IMG/VR virus record: IMGVR_UViG_3300046542_000168
Span: 43,408 to 107,407 of that record
Reading direction: 5' to 3' (one strand)
Length of the DNA: 64,000 nt
Origin: a virus
How positions within the stretch are numbered: position 1 is the first letter of the stretch; each line of letters begins with the position of its first letter. Position numbers and translations under genes: made by a program. Shown here in pieces: positions 43,235 through 51,665 of this stretch. Below the pieces are notes generated by a model. It worked only from the letters and a program-made list of their open reading frames with translations, searched no databases and was not told where the DNA came from.

Positions 43235-44539
43235 ATGAACTTTATTAAGAAAGCAGGTATCGGTATTGCAGCCGGTGCCTTGGTACTGATCGGCACATTC
43301 AATAGTGTATTCGTATACAACGAAGCCGGTTATCAAACTCACATTCGTACAATCACGGGTGAAGAGAAAGTAGTTACCGAAGTTGGTTATGCCACTAAGT
43401 GGTTCGGTAAGGCCACGCCCTGGAAGCAGGCACAAACCCTCCAGTTCTCCATCGTTAAAGAAGGTGAAACAAGCCGTGAGGTTGATGACGGCGTAGGGAT
43501 CGACAACTACCGCGTTACCTTCCTGGGCAACGTTGATGGTGTTGTGGAAGCTTCCACACGATTCCGTATGCCCCAGGGCGAACAGTTCCTGAAGATTGCT
43601 CGTGAGTATCGCACTCCAGACAACTTCATGCAGACTGCTGTATTGCCAGCAGTGAAAGAGACTCTGCAAACTACAGCGTCCCTGATGACTGCCGATGAAT
43701 ACTTCGCTGGTAGCCGCTCTGAGTTTAGTTCGAACTTCGATGACCAACTTCGAAATGGCCAGTTCGCAGTTAAACGTAAGGAAGTTCAACAAGTAATTGA
43801 AACCAATCGTAGCGAAGGTGACAAGCTTGTTTCCGGTGCTGGTATTGACGGTGAACAGAAACGTACAGCGTTCGTAACTGAGAAAGAAACTGACGACAAG
43901 GGCCGTGAAGTTCGCAAGTCCCAGGTCTTCGTTGGTATGGGTGTAGACGTTGTAGAGGCTCGTGTCCCTAACATCCTGCCGAACCCTCAGTTCCTGGCTC
44001 GCATGGTCAAGGTGCAATCGGCCCAGGCGGATCTGGTAGTCGCTCGTGCGGATCGTCTGAAAGAGGAAGAGGCGAAGCTGCTGGCCATCGCTCGTGGTCA
44101 ACGCAACGTCGAAGAGAAGCGCCAAGAAACCTTGCGTAATCAGGTCGAGCAGACCACCAACGCAGAAACCACCAAGCTCCTGGCGATCACCGCTGCTAAG
44201 CAGGCTGAAGAGTCGGCAGCCATCTCTAAGCGTACCTCCGTCGAGCTGCTGGCAAAGGCTGAGATTGACGCCAAGGCGACCAAGACCACTGCTGATGCTG
44301 AGGCGTATGCGAAAAAGGCTCTGATCCTCGCTGACGGCGCTCTGACGCAGAAACTGGCTACCCTGGAGAACATCAACAGCGTGTGGGCCCAGGCTGCTGC
44401 TAACGCCCCTGTACCGAGCGTGATGATGGGTAATGGTGGTGGTCAAGGTTCTAGCCGTCAGAGTGAGATTGGTGAACTAATGTCGATCATGGCTGCAAAG
44501 GCTGCGAAAGACTTGTCGGTTGATCTTTCCACTAAGTAA
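43235..44539 (+). CDS. SPFH/Band-7 (flotillin-like) membrane protein
   Basis: N-terminal TM, Band-7-like core, long AE-rich coiled coil, VPSVMMG end. Confidence 0.85.
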   Translation: MNFIKKAGIGIAAGALVLIGTFNSVFVYNEAGYQTHIRTITGEEKVVTEVGYATKWFGKATPWKQAQTLQFSIVKEGETSREVDDGVGIDNYRVTFLGNVDGVVEASTRFRMPQGEQFLKIAREYRTPDNFMQTAVLPAVKETLQTTASLMTADEYFAGSRSEFSSNFDDQLRNGQFAVKRKEVQQVIETNRSEGDKLVSGAGIDGEQKRTAFVTEKETDDKGREVRKSQVFVGMGVDVVEARVPNILPNPQFLARMVKVQSAQADLVVARADRLKEEEAKLLAIARGQRNVEEKRQETLRNQVEQTTNAETTKLLAITAAKQAEESAAISKRTSVELLAKAEIDAKATKTTADAEAYAKKALILADGALTQKLATLENINSVWAQAAANAPVPSVMMGNGGGQGSSRQSEIGELMSIMAAKAAKDLSVDLSTK

Positions 44540-44542
44540 CTA

Positions 44543-44634
44543 ACTGCGGAAGATTCCGTTCCGTGGTAATTACTTACTGCGGAACATTTCTAAAACTAGT
44601 GCGGAGTATTCCTAAAATTACTGCGGAAGATTCC
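44543..44634 (+). repeat. iteron-like direct repeats
   Basis: A(C/G)TGCGGA.NATTYC at 44543, 44576, 44598 and 44620 (spacing 33/22/22), plus an inverted partial copy at 44558-44569. Confidence 0.75.
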
Positions 44635-44677
44635 AGTACGTCAAAAGCGAGTAATCAGTACAGTGGGTAATTCAGAA

Positions 44678-45073
44678 ATGTCGAAAGTCAGTAACACCGA
44701 GTTGACTGGAGAAGTTCGATATAAACATCTCCGACTGCAAGTCTGGGATCAGAACATGCAGGAACAAACTTACAACAAGGGCGGGATCACTATCGCGTAT
44801 CGCTACTTGACCGGCGATGAGGCCGAACGAGTCACTGGCCTGGATATTCAGCCAGCAATCTTGGTGGGGTTCGCGGGGTGTTCCTGGGCAGACAACTTCG
44901 ACCGGAAGGTTGGTCGTTCGATTGCCGAACAGCGATTGGCGAAAAGTCAGGTAGTCATCACCGGGGAGCGAACTATCAAGCGCCTGATGACGGCGACTGA
45001 TCCGATGCACGTTGCCGATATCCTGGGAGAACCGATGGCGACTCAAGGTCTTCGGATCGGACTCTGCGCCTGA
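44678..45073 (+). CDS. hypothetical phage protein
   Basis: GG.TIAY...CS..DNF.RKVGR.IA..RL motif. Confidence 0.65.
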   Translation: MSKVSNTELTGEVRYKHLRLQVWDQNMQEQTYNKGGITIAYRYLTGDEAERVTGLDIQPAILVGFAGCSWADNFDRKVGRSIAEQRLAKSQVVITGERTIKRLMTATDPMHVADILGEPMATQGLRIGLCA

Positions 45074-45316
45074 AACGGGCAGAGCTAAGTTACTGTTTTC
45101 GCTGATGAAATAATTCATCTAGTTTCCCTTCGACAACCCACCGAACAGGCGGATTGATCCCGTAAAAAGTTGTATCGAAGGGGGGCGAATCAGTAGACAT
45201 CCTAGGCTGGTAAGACCTATAATAGGGTCTGCTGAGTCGAGAATCCCAGGCGGCTAAACCAGGTATTCCCCTCGACTCCAGAACAGGTGGGTTGGTATCC
45301 CAGCCGGTTCACTTCA

Positions 45317-45347
45317 AGGCCCCTCTTCGTGAGGGGCTTTGTCGTTT
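45317..45347 (+). terminator. intrinsic terminator
   Basis: GCCCCTC-ttcgt-GAGGGGC followed by TTTGT. Confidence 0.65.
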
Positions 45348-45770
45348 CTGGGGCAGAGGTTAGTCCCGTTCGGAACACTTCGCAATACCCCATCGTAAAT
45401 AACCTTTTTCTTGACAATCAGCTCTGACTGGCGTAGAGAGCTGCGGCACGACGGATTGGCCACCCCAGCGAAGCGCCAGGGTGGACGATGCGTTGGGACG
45501 TAGCCGACAAGCGAAGCGCGTCAGTGTCCCAGGCACCGCGTTCCACCCCGCTAAAACACCCCCTATAAGATAAGAGCTTTTCCGAACTCCCGGTTTTATT
45601 ACCTTTCCCCGATTTTTCATACCGTTAAAGCGTATGAACACTTCCTTTTAAAATTATGACTTGTACCTCTTAAAGGTATAAAAGATAATGGCAAACGGAG
45701 GGTGAAAATAAGCATCCTCTAGTACCTTGATTTAGAAGATTTTATCGATCACTAGGGGAAGGCGAACGCC

Positions 45771-46268
45771 ATGGCTAGCGGCAAGAAAACGGTTAAAAAT
45801 CGTACAGAAATGACCGTCACCGATCACACGACTGGGGAGGCTCTATCGAGTGAAAAAACCGTCACGTACAGAGTCCCGAGAGAGCCGGACTTTGTAAAGG
45901 TGTACACCGGGGCCTTTAAGGAGGTAGTCACAAAGAAGGGTTGCCATCTGGCGATGTTTATGCTTCTGGTTGACAAGATGGGGTATGAGAATGAAATCGG
46001 CCTGACCCCGGCCGGTCGTGTCAGGATCTGCGAAGCCCTGGGTATCCAGGCACAGACCTTCCGAAACCATTTGAATGACTTGCTGGAGCGCGATGTTCTC
46101 CGTCGAACTAGTCACGGAGAGTTCATAGTAAACCCGACGTATATTGCCAGGGGTGAGTTCGAGAAAATTCTGCCCAGGATAGAGGCGTACAATAAGATCG
46201 GGAGGGTGAAAACTAAGAAGGGTCGGGCCCCGAAGCCTAAAGAATCCCTGGAAGAGTCAACTAATTGA
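45771..46268 (+). CDS. RepL-like wHTH replication/maintenance protein
   Basis: D..TGE, FVKVY, HTH (ICEALGIQAQTFRNHL..L), G.FIVNP.YI.RG. Confidence 0.7.
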   Translation: MASGKKTVKNRTEMTVTDHTTGEALSSEKTVTYRVPREPDFVKVYTGAFKEVVTKKGCHLAMFMLLVDKMGYENEIGLTPAGRVRICEALGIQAQTFRNHLNDLLERDVLRRTSHGEFIVNPTYIARGEFEKILPRIEAYNKIGRVKTKKGRAPKPKESLEESTN

Positions 46269-46274
46269 TACAAG

Positions 46275-46296
46275 AAAAGGGCCGAAAGGCCCTTTT
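46275..46296. terminator. bidirectional terminator
   Basis: AAAAGGGCC-gaaa-GGCCCTTTT. Confidence 0.8.
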
Positions 46297-46371
46297 TATT
46301 TGCCCGAAATAAGGGGCTAAAACAACTAAAGGGGCCATATGGCCCCTTGCTATATACGACTTTTTACTGCC

Positions 46372-46965
46372 CTACTGGGGTGGCTGGATAAATCCATGAC
46401 TAGTCAGCCACATATCCAGGGCCTCGGTCATAATGGCTTTCTGTGACTTCTTAGTAAACATCCCAGCCAGTTTCAACAACTGGGCGCGACGGGGATCTAA
46501 TGGGGTGCTGACGTTACACTCCTTTAGAAACTCCGGGTTGAGTCCCCCTGTTTCCATCATTCCAGTTAGCATAGCAGCCATAGCCGCCATTGGATTCTGA
46601 GGTGCATCGCTCACTGGTGCAGCTTCCTGTACTGGTTGCGGTTGAGTGGGTGCAGGCTCTACTACCTGGGCAACTGGTGCAGGTTCCGCTACTTGCTGCG
46701 GTTGAACTGGCGTTGGCTGTGGTGCTGCAACTGGTGCAGGGACAACTTCTTCAGCCTGGGCGATTTCAGTCTGTGCAACTAACACAGGCTGCGGGGCTGG
46801 CTCTTCTGTTACCTGGGGCTGAGCAACTACCGGCTCTTGTACCTGGGCTGCACCTACCGCCGAGATGTTATTCACCGGGGTCGGGTTCGTAAGCATATCT
46901 TGAAGAGATAGGCGATCAGCGGCACGGTCGGCGGCGCGATCTGTTCGAGTTTTCTTGGCGCTCAT
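46372..46965 (-). CDS. ribbon-helix-helix centromere-binding protein with long P/Q/A/V linker (type Ib ParB/ParG-like)
   Basis: C-terminal NVSTPLD..RAQLLK....TKKSQKAIMTEALDMWL; basic N-terminus; downstream of parA. Confidence 0.65.
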   Translation of the reverse strand: MSAKKTRTDRAADRAADRLSLQDMLTNPTPVNNISAVGAAQVQEPVVAQPQVTEEPAPQPVLVAQTEIAQAEEVVPAPVAAPQPTPVQPQQVAEPAPVAQVVEPAPTQPQPVQEAAPVSDAPQNPMAAMAAMLTGMMETGGLNPEFLKECNVSTPLDPRRAQLLKLAGMFTKKSQKAIMTEALDMWLTSHGFIQPPQ

Positions 46966-46980
46966 AATTGCATACCTGCT

Positions 46981-47420
46981 TAATTATTCAACCACTTCTT
47001 TAAGTGGCCGCGTGATGACGTGGTTGAGCCCTCACGTCACTGATGCAGCGCTTACCTGGGCAAGCGGTCACTATAGCAACCACTCCCCTGCGTAACCCCT
47101 CACGCGATTAGATGCCTAACTGACTGATTCGTCAAGCGATCAACCACGCAAGTGACCATTCAAGTAAGCGGACACTCGGTCAATTAGCCGAGTCATCACG
47201 CGGGTGATGAATCAATCGTTCAAGCAATTGATGGATCAATGGACCGATTGAACGATGGATCAATGAAGCCATTGATCCATCGGATGTATATACAACCCAT
47301 GGGTCAATGGATCACTCGTTCAAGCAATTGATTGATCACTCGTTTGCTTGGTCAGTCACTTCGCCGCCTGCTTGCCTGACTGGTCATCCAGTTTGATGCT
47401 TGCGTGCTTGCTCGGCTTCT
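46981..47420. repeat. degenerate 4-nt-period array (candidate centromere, part 1)
   Basis: in-register tetramers caat/tgat/cgat/caag/cact; extends into the 3' end of parA. Confidence 0.7.
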
Positions 47421-48135
47421 TCACCACCTTTGCCTTGCCCACTTCTTCATTAGTAAGTGGGTCGATGATTACTGGGTTTTCGACATGAATGCCCAGCTCC
47501 ATCAGGATGCAGTCGGTTAGGGCGGCAATCTCCCTGGCACCCTTATTACGCTTATCAATCTCGGCCAGGGTGCTACCAGTTCTCAGACAGTTCACGAAAC
47601 CTGCCTTGTAGTGGATGGTAGGGCCAAGCTTCCCGGCAGACGCCAGGGCAATCACTGCATCAGTTGCAATGTTGGTGGTCGGATGTACTTCGTTCAGTAC
47701 GAACAGCCGGGGAGTAGTGATTTCTTTCGAAGTGAGGTCGCTCAACGACTTGACCATCGACCACAGGTCGAAGTAGCTAGCCTTCGAAGGCATAACCAAC
47801 AGGTCAGCAAGTTTGAGCACGTTGAAGATATCGCTGTGGCCGAAACCTGGGGTGTCGATCACCAGGAAATCCAGGCCCCCCGCTTCCAGCTTCGGGATTA
47901 CTGCTTCTAGCTGATCGATGCCGATAGCCAGCAACTCTGGGTCGCCCAACTCGCGCTTGTCCAACCATGTAGTGGTGTTCGCAGTGGGGTCGATGTCCAT
48001 CATGCCAACGTGGTAGCCCTTCGATGCCAGGGTGCCGCCGAGTTGAACGCTGATGGTGGACTTACCACAGCCGCCCTTCTGGTTGGTGACACAGATGATC
48101 TTGAGCTTACGCTTGAACTGACTAGGGAGTTGCAT
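47356..48135 (-). CDS. parA: ParA-family partition ATPase (type Ib, no N-terminal HTH)
   Basis: deviant Walker A NQKGGCGKST, DIDP, VIDTPG, ADLLVMP. Confidence 0.92.
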   Translation of the reverse strand: MQLPSQFKRKLKIICVTNQKGGCGKSTISVQLGGTLASKGYHVGMMDIDPTANTTTWLDKRELGDPELLAIGIDQLEAVIPKLEAGGLDFLVIDTPGFGHSDIFNVLKLADLLVMPSKASYFDLWSMVKSLSDLTSKEITTPRLFVLNEVHPTTNIATDAVIALASAGKLGPTIHYKAGFVNCLRTGSTLAEIDKRNKGAREIAALTDCILMELGIHVENPVIIDPLTNEEVGKAKVVKKPSKHASIKLDDQSGKQAAK

Positions 48136-48160
48136 GGGTGCTTCCTCTATATATAGGTGC

Positions 48161-48980
48161 TCACTGAGTGAGCTATTCCTTGCTAGGTTGACCGCTTACG
48201 CGGCTGAGTGCGTCCGTGCGTGGGCAAGCTATCGATGGGGCAGTCGGTCACTCGCGTAACCCATCACTGCATCAATCGCCTGGGTAATCCCCTAAGTGCG
48301 CAATTCATCGAGCCATTCATTGGCCGATCATTTCACTGCTTGAGTCATCCATCGCTCGATTGGTCGGTAGCGTGCTTCTTCACTTAATCAATGCGTCAAT
48401 CAAGTGCTTCCGCACGCAACCCATCAAGCAAGCCATTAGTCCATCCATCGCTTCCGTAAGCACTCACTGGCGCGATTCACCACTTACTTGGTCGTTCGCT
48501 TGCGTGAGTGACTGGTTACGCGGTGAAGCAACTACTGGCTTGCTCAACCACTCCCTCGCTCGACTATCTGATTGCCCGACCGATTAAGGCAGGAATCAAT
48601 CAATGAGTCAGTCAACGAAGCAGTTGCTCGATCAACCGAGTCATCACTCGGTCAGGAACTCAATCACTTGCGCCCTTGAGGAACCATTTAAACACCCGCT
48701 CGATCCCTTGTCAAACTAATTGATAGCTTAAAGCCTTCATGAATTGATCGTGCGACTGACCGATAGATCGATAGGCTGATGAATTGAGTGACCAACCGAT
48801 GGAGCGATGATTGACTGAAGTAATTGATATCTCCATTCCTGAAGCAAGCAATGCCGCACTGATGTGTGTGAGGCAATGATGACAGGACCGAATGAACAAG
48901 CGTCCAATGGGTCAAGCAATTGATGGATCAATGGGTCGAGCGTTCAATGGGTCAATGGAACCATGGGATGTATATACAAG
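48161..48980. repeat. degenerate 4-nt-period array (candidate centromere, part 2)
   Basis: same tetramer register for ~800 bp; shares TCAAGCAATTGATGGATCAATGG and GGATGTATATACAA blocks with part 1. Confidence 0.7.
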
Positions 48981-49137
48981 TAACGGTCCTACGCCGATTC
49001 TGACCAGTTCACAGGAGCTAAGCCCCTGCCAGGGCACCCAGGGTCGGCATACCGCTATCCAGGCCAATACCAGGGCAGATACGCAACGTCGCTACAGGGG
49101 GCTCATAGGGGCTTCAGGCGGTAAATTCGCAGGAGGG

Positions 49138-49289
49138 TTGCAAGGATGGGAGGAAGTGGATAGAGTGCCGTCCGTCGAACGTTGCTGACCCTCATAATCT
49201 CCCCGGAATATGTTGGTCCGTTGCTTCCTTGCTCTGATCCGTGATTGGTGGCGTTCGATACTAAGCCGCTCCCTCGTGAGCGGCTTTTT
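49138..49289 (+). ncRNA. sRNA cassette 1 (promoter + ~115 nt + terminator)
   Basis: TTGCAA-N17-TAGAGT; terminator AAGCCGCTC/GAGCGGCTT-TTT; no + strand ORF with RBS. Confidence 0.55.
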
Positions 49290-49381
49290 CATGCCCGCAA
49301 TAATTGCCTCACAGGGGCTCTATCCCGCAAGGCCCATCGGTCAGATTGTCCTACACCTCAGATGAACGGTGCCATCACTCA

Positions 49382-49485
49382 TTGCGTCAGGTGCCATCAT
49401 TGGGTAAAATCCCTGGGTTGGTTGTACAGTTCGCCTACTCAGCAACAACATCGAGAAGCCGCCCACACCGGGGCGGCTTTTCTTT
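49382..49485 (+). ncRNA. sRNA cassette 2 (promoter + ~70 nt + terminator)
   Basis: TTGCGT-N17-TAAAAT; terminator AAGCCGCCC/GGGCGGCTT-TTT. Confidence 0.55.
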
Positions 49486-49517
49486 ATCTGATGGAATGGC
49501 TGGACAGGCGAACAGTA

Positions 49518-49533
49518 CTGTATATAATTACAG
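49518..49533. promoter_or_regulatory. LexA (SOS) box overlapping a -10 element
   Basis: taCTGTATATAATTACAG = CTGT-N8-ACAG; promoter TGGACA-N16-TATAAT. Confidence 0.85.
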
Positions 49534-49534
49534 C

Positions 49535-49626
49535 GTTAACCTCGGTAGGGACTCGTCATCCCTTCACCAGTCTTAGGGTGGATTCGTCGTCCACACTTTA
49601 GCCGCCTACCAGGGCGGCTTTTCTTT
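49535..49626 (+). ncRNA. sRNA cassette 3, predicted SOS-inducible ~90-nt RNA
   Basis: lies between the LexA-boxed promoter and terminator AGCCGCC/GGCGGCT-TTT; no credible ORF. Confidence 0.6.
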
Positions 49627-49704
49627 GCTCGATGGGGAAGGAGTAGAGGGAGGGGTAGAGCAGAAATGAAGAAGGGCCTCGATTGAGGCCCTTGCTTGTG
49701 TAGC

Positions 49705-50097
49705 TTATTCGTTGAGAGTGGCCCAACCTTTTACCGCTTCAACTCCCCACTTCTTCCTCCACTCATTGAGCACTGTGTGGTTGCCGTGAGAGCTAACAAT
49801 TTTCTCGTTAGTGTGAGGATTTACCCAGGTCTTTGTGGGCCTTCCTCCCTCTGTTGTAGCTGCTGCCTTAGCTACCTTAGCTGCACCTGTAGCTTGAGCT
49901 TTCGGAGCCTTATAGTTCTCATCAAGGATCTGATTCACATCTACCAGGGAGCGAGAGTGCTTAGCTAGGAGAGCACGTAGCTCACTCTCGAATACCTGTA
50001 GCGACTTAAGCTCAGGGTCATCCTGAAGAGCATCCAGTTGAGCTTTAGCCGCAGCTAGGGCAGCTCGTGCGAGACGGAGTTGAACGATCTTGGACAT
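49705..50097 (-). CDS. second MvaT-family nucleoid protein (divergent)
   Basis: FE.ELRALL..H..SL.DV..IL and W.NPHTNE.I....GNH.VL.EW..KWG.EAV.GW. Confidence 0.85.
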   Translation of the reverse strand: MSKIVQLRLARAALAAAKAQLDALQDDPELKSLQVFESELRALLAKHSRSLVDVNQILDENYKAPKAQATGAAKVAKAAATTEGGRPTKTWVNPHTNEKIVSSHGNHTVLNEWRKKWGVEAVKGWATLNE

Positions 50098-50205
50098 ATA
50101 GCTCTCTTGCGTGATTGGTGGAAAGTCTTACACTAGCAGTGCGTTAAGTCGCGCACTATAAGCTCAAGTAGCTCGCAACGGAAGAGAGTACTCAAGCTTA
50201 AGCTC

Positions 50206-50318
50206 AAAAATTCCATCACAGGGGCCTCTCAAAAACTCCATTACAGGGGGTACAGATTTCCTCACAGTGGGGTACTGAATTTCCCTACAGGGGCTAGCTG
50301 AGTTTCCTCACACGGGGT
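50206..50318 (+). repeat. five imperfect ~23-bp direct repeats
   Basis: YTCC..YACA.GGGG cores with ACA at 50218, 50243, 50264, 50287 and 50310. Confidence 0.7.
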
Positions 50319-50384
50319 AAGCTCGATCTACCCTGGCTCGATGCTGCATTGTGAGCGTCCCCATTCATTCCTGTCTTAGATAGG

Positions 50385-50471
50385 TAGCTAACTATCGATT
50401 TACTTGCATAGCTAGCTATCGATTTAGTTGATTAGCTAACTAAGCATTTAGATGCATAGCTAACTAACTAC
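50385..50471 (+). repeat. 24-bp tandem repeat, ~3.5 copies
   Basis: TAGCTARCTA....TTTA..TG.. at 50385, 50409, 50433 and 50457. Confidence 0.75.
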
Positions 50472-50552
50472 CTGAATAGCGCCCACACTCCCCCCTTGAA
50501 GTCCGGTATCCGGCCCAGGCTGGCAGTGGCTCTGCCTGGGCTTACGTTCCCG

Positions 50553-50581
50553 CTAATACAGCATAGTCTATGCTGTATTAG
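50553..50581. promoter_or_regulatory. perfect 29-bp palindromic operator
   Basis: CTAATACAGCATAG-T-CTATGCTGTATTAG; core matches the early-promoter operator. Confidence 0.7.
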
Positions 50582-50733
50582 AGTCAGGGGCAAGCCCTGG
50601 GAGCATTATTTTTTAACCTGGCGCCCCTAGCTTTTAACCTGGCTCGATTCGCCTCTATATAGTCGGAATGTCCAGGGGGCTAGCCTGGGGCCTGGGCCTA
50701 CCTGGGGAATGAAAAGAAAATGAAAAAACAGCT

Positions 50734-50762
50734 TTACAGCATGGGCCATGCTGCAATAGGAT
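50734..50762 (+). promoter_or_regulatory. early promoter with operator
   Basis: TTACAG-CATGGGCCATGCTGCAA-TAGGAT. Confidence 0.7.
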
Positions 50763-50807
50763 TAACCCCATCGGAAAGAAGCGGCCCAGTAGGGCAAAGG
50801 GGAGCAA

Positions 50808-51590
50808 ATGAAATACCGCATAGAAGTACAGCAAGTTTTCACGGCTCAAGGTTATGACCGTGGCGGGGAATGGTTGGCCCTGGGCGACAAGCCACGCGGC
50901 AAGGCCGCTGCAATCGCCCTGATGGAAACTATCCAGGCCGCTAGTGGTTTGGAGCCTCCTTACCGCGTAGTCTCGGTTGACGCCCTGGGGGATCGCGTGG
51001 AAGTGGCGAGGATCGAAAGCCCGCATAAACCGGCCCCTAAGTATGCAGTCGAAGTAACAGACGCCCAGGGCGAGAAACGCCAGGAATTCGAATCGCTCCC
51101 CCTGGCTATGCAAATGTATACCGCTTGTGTTGACGGTGCCGAGAATGACCCACGCAAGGGCTATACCCGTCGTGTCGCCCTGGTCGGGATTGAGTCCGGC
51201 GATACTTACTATAAATGGGAGTATCTAGTCCCCCAGGCCCAGACCGGCGCTAATAAACGCCCTGAAGGGTTGACCGGCTCCCAGCTCGACTGGGCCTGTA
51301 AGCAGCCATGGTTCCACGCTTGCGAATACTTTAATGAGTTGTCGCGTAACTGGATTGTCTGGGCAAAGGAGGGGGATAAGGTTCACCCCTTTGCTGACTT
51401 TGCGGAGTTGCAAGCCTGGGCAAAGGCTAAAGAAGCCCAGGCGACTAAGCCGGTACTTTATCAAGTTTTCGAAAAGGCAACCGGGGAGGCAGTTGGCAAG
51501 AAGTATCATAATAGGAACGGCGCGGAGAATTATTGCGACGGGTTCCACCCCTACGCCCCCGGCTGTTATGAGGTAAGGCAAGTTCAATAA
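50808..51590 (+). CDS. hypothetical early protein (multi-domain)
   Basis: 260 aa, RBS GGGGAG. Confidence 0.75.
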   Translation: MKYRIEVQQVFTAQGYDRGGEWLALGDKPRGKAAAIALMETIQAASGLEPPYRVVSVDALGDRVEVARIESPHKPAPKYAVEVTDAQGEKRQEFESLPLAMQMYTACVDGAENDPRKGYTRRVALVGIESGDTYYKWEYLVPQAQTGANKRPEGLTGSQLDWACKQPWFHACEYFNELSRNWIVWAKEGDKVHPFADFAELQAWAKAKEAQATKPVLYQVFEKATGEAVGKKYHNRNGAENYCDGFHPYAPGCYEVRQVQ

Positions 51591-51665
51591 TTGATTAACC
51601 GGGCTGGCCCCTACCTGGGGCCAGTCATTAAAGAATCGGCCTAGTAAGGCAAAGGAGTTATAAAG

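Noticed and set aside
43109-44446. 445-aa minus-strand ORF
   Set aside because: Antisense shadow of the codon-biased SPFH gene; no RBS or recognisable motifs.
48360-49601. ORFs in the periodic array and sRNA cassettes
   Set aside because: They lack RBSs, have S/I/H/Q-biased composition produced by the tetramer pattern, and read through terminators. A 30-aa antisense ORF starting near 49195 after GGGGAG remains a weak possibility.
50206-50471. CRISPR array
   Set aside because: The repeats are degenerate and abut each other without unique ~30-nt spacers; no cas genes.
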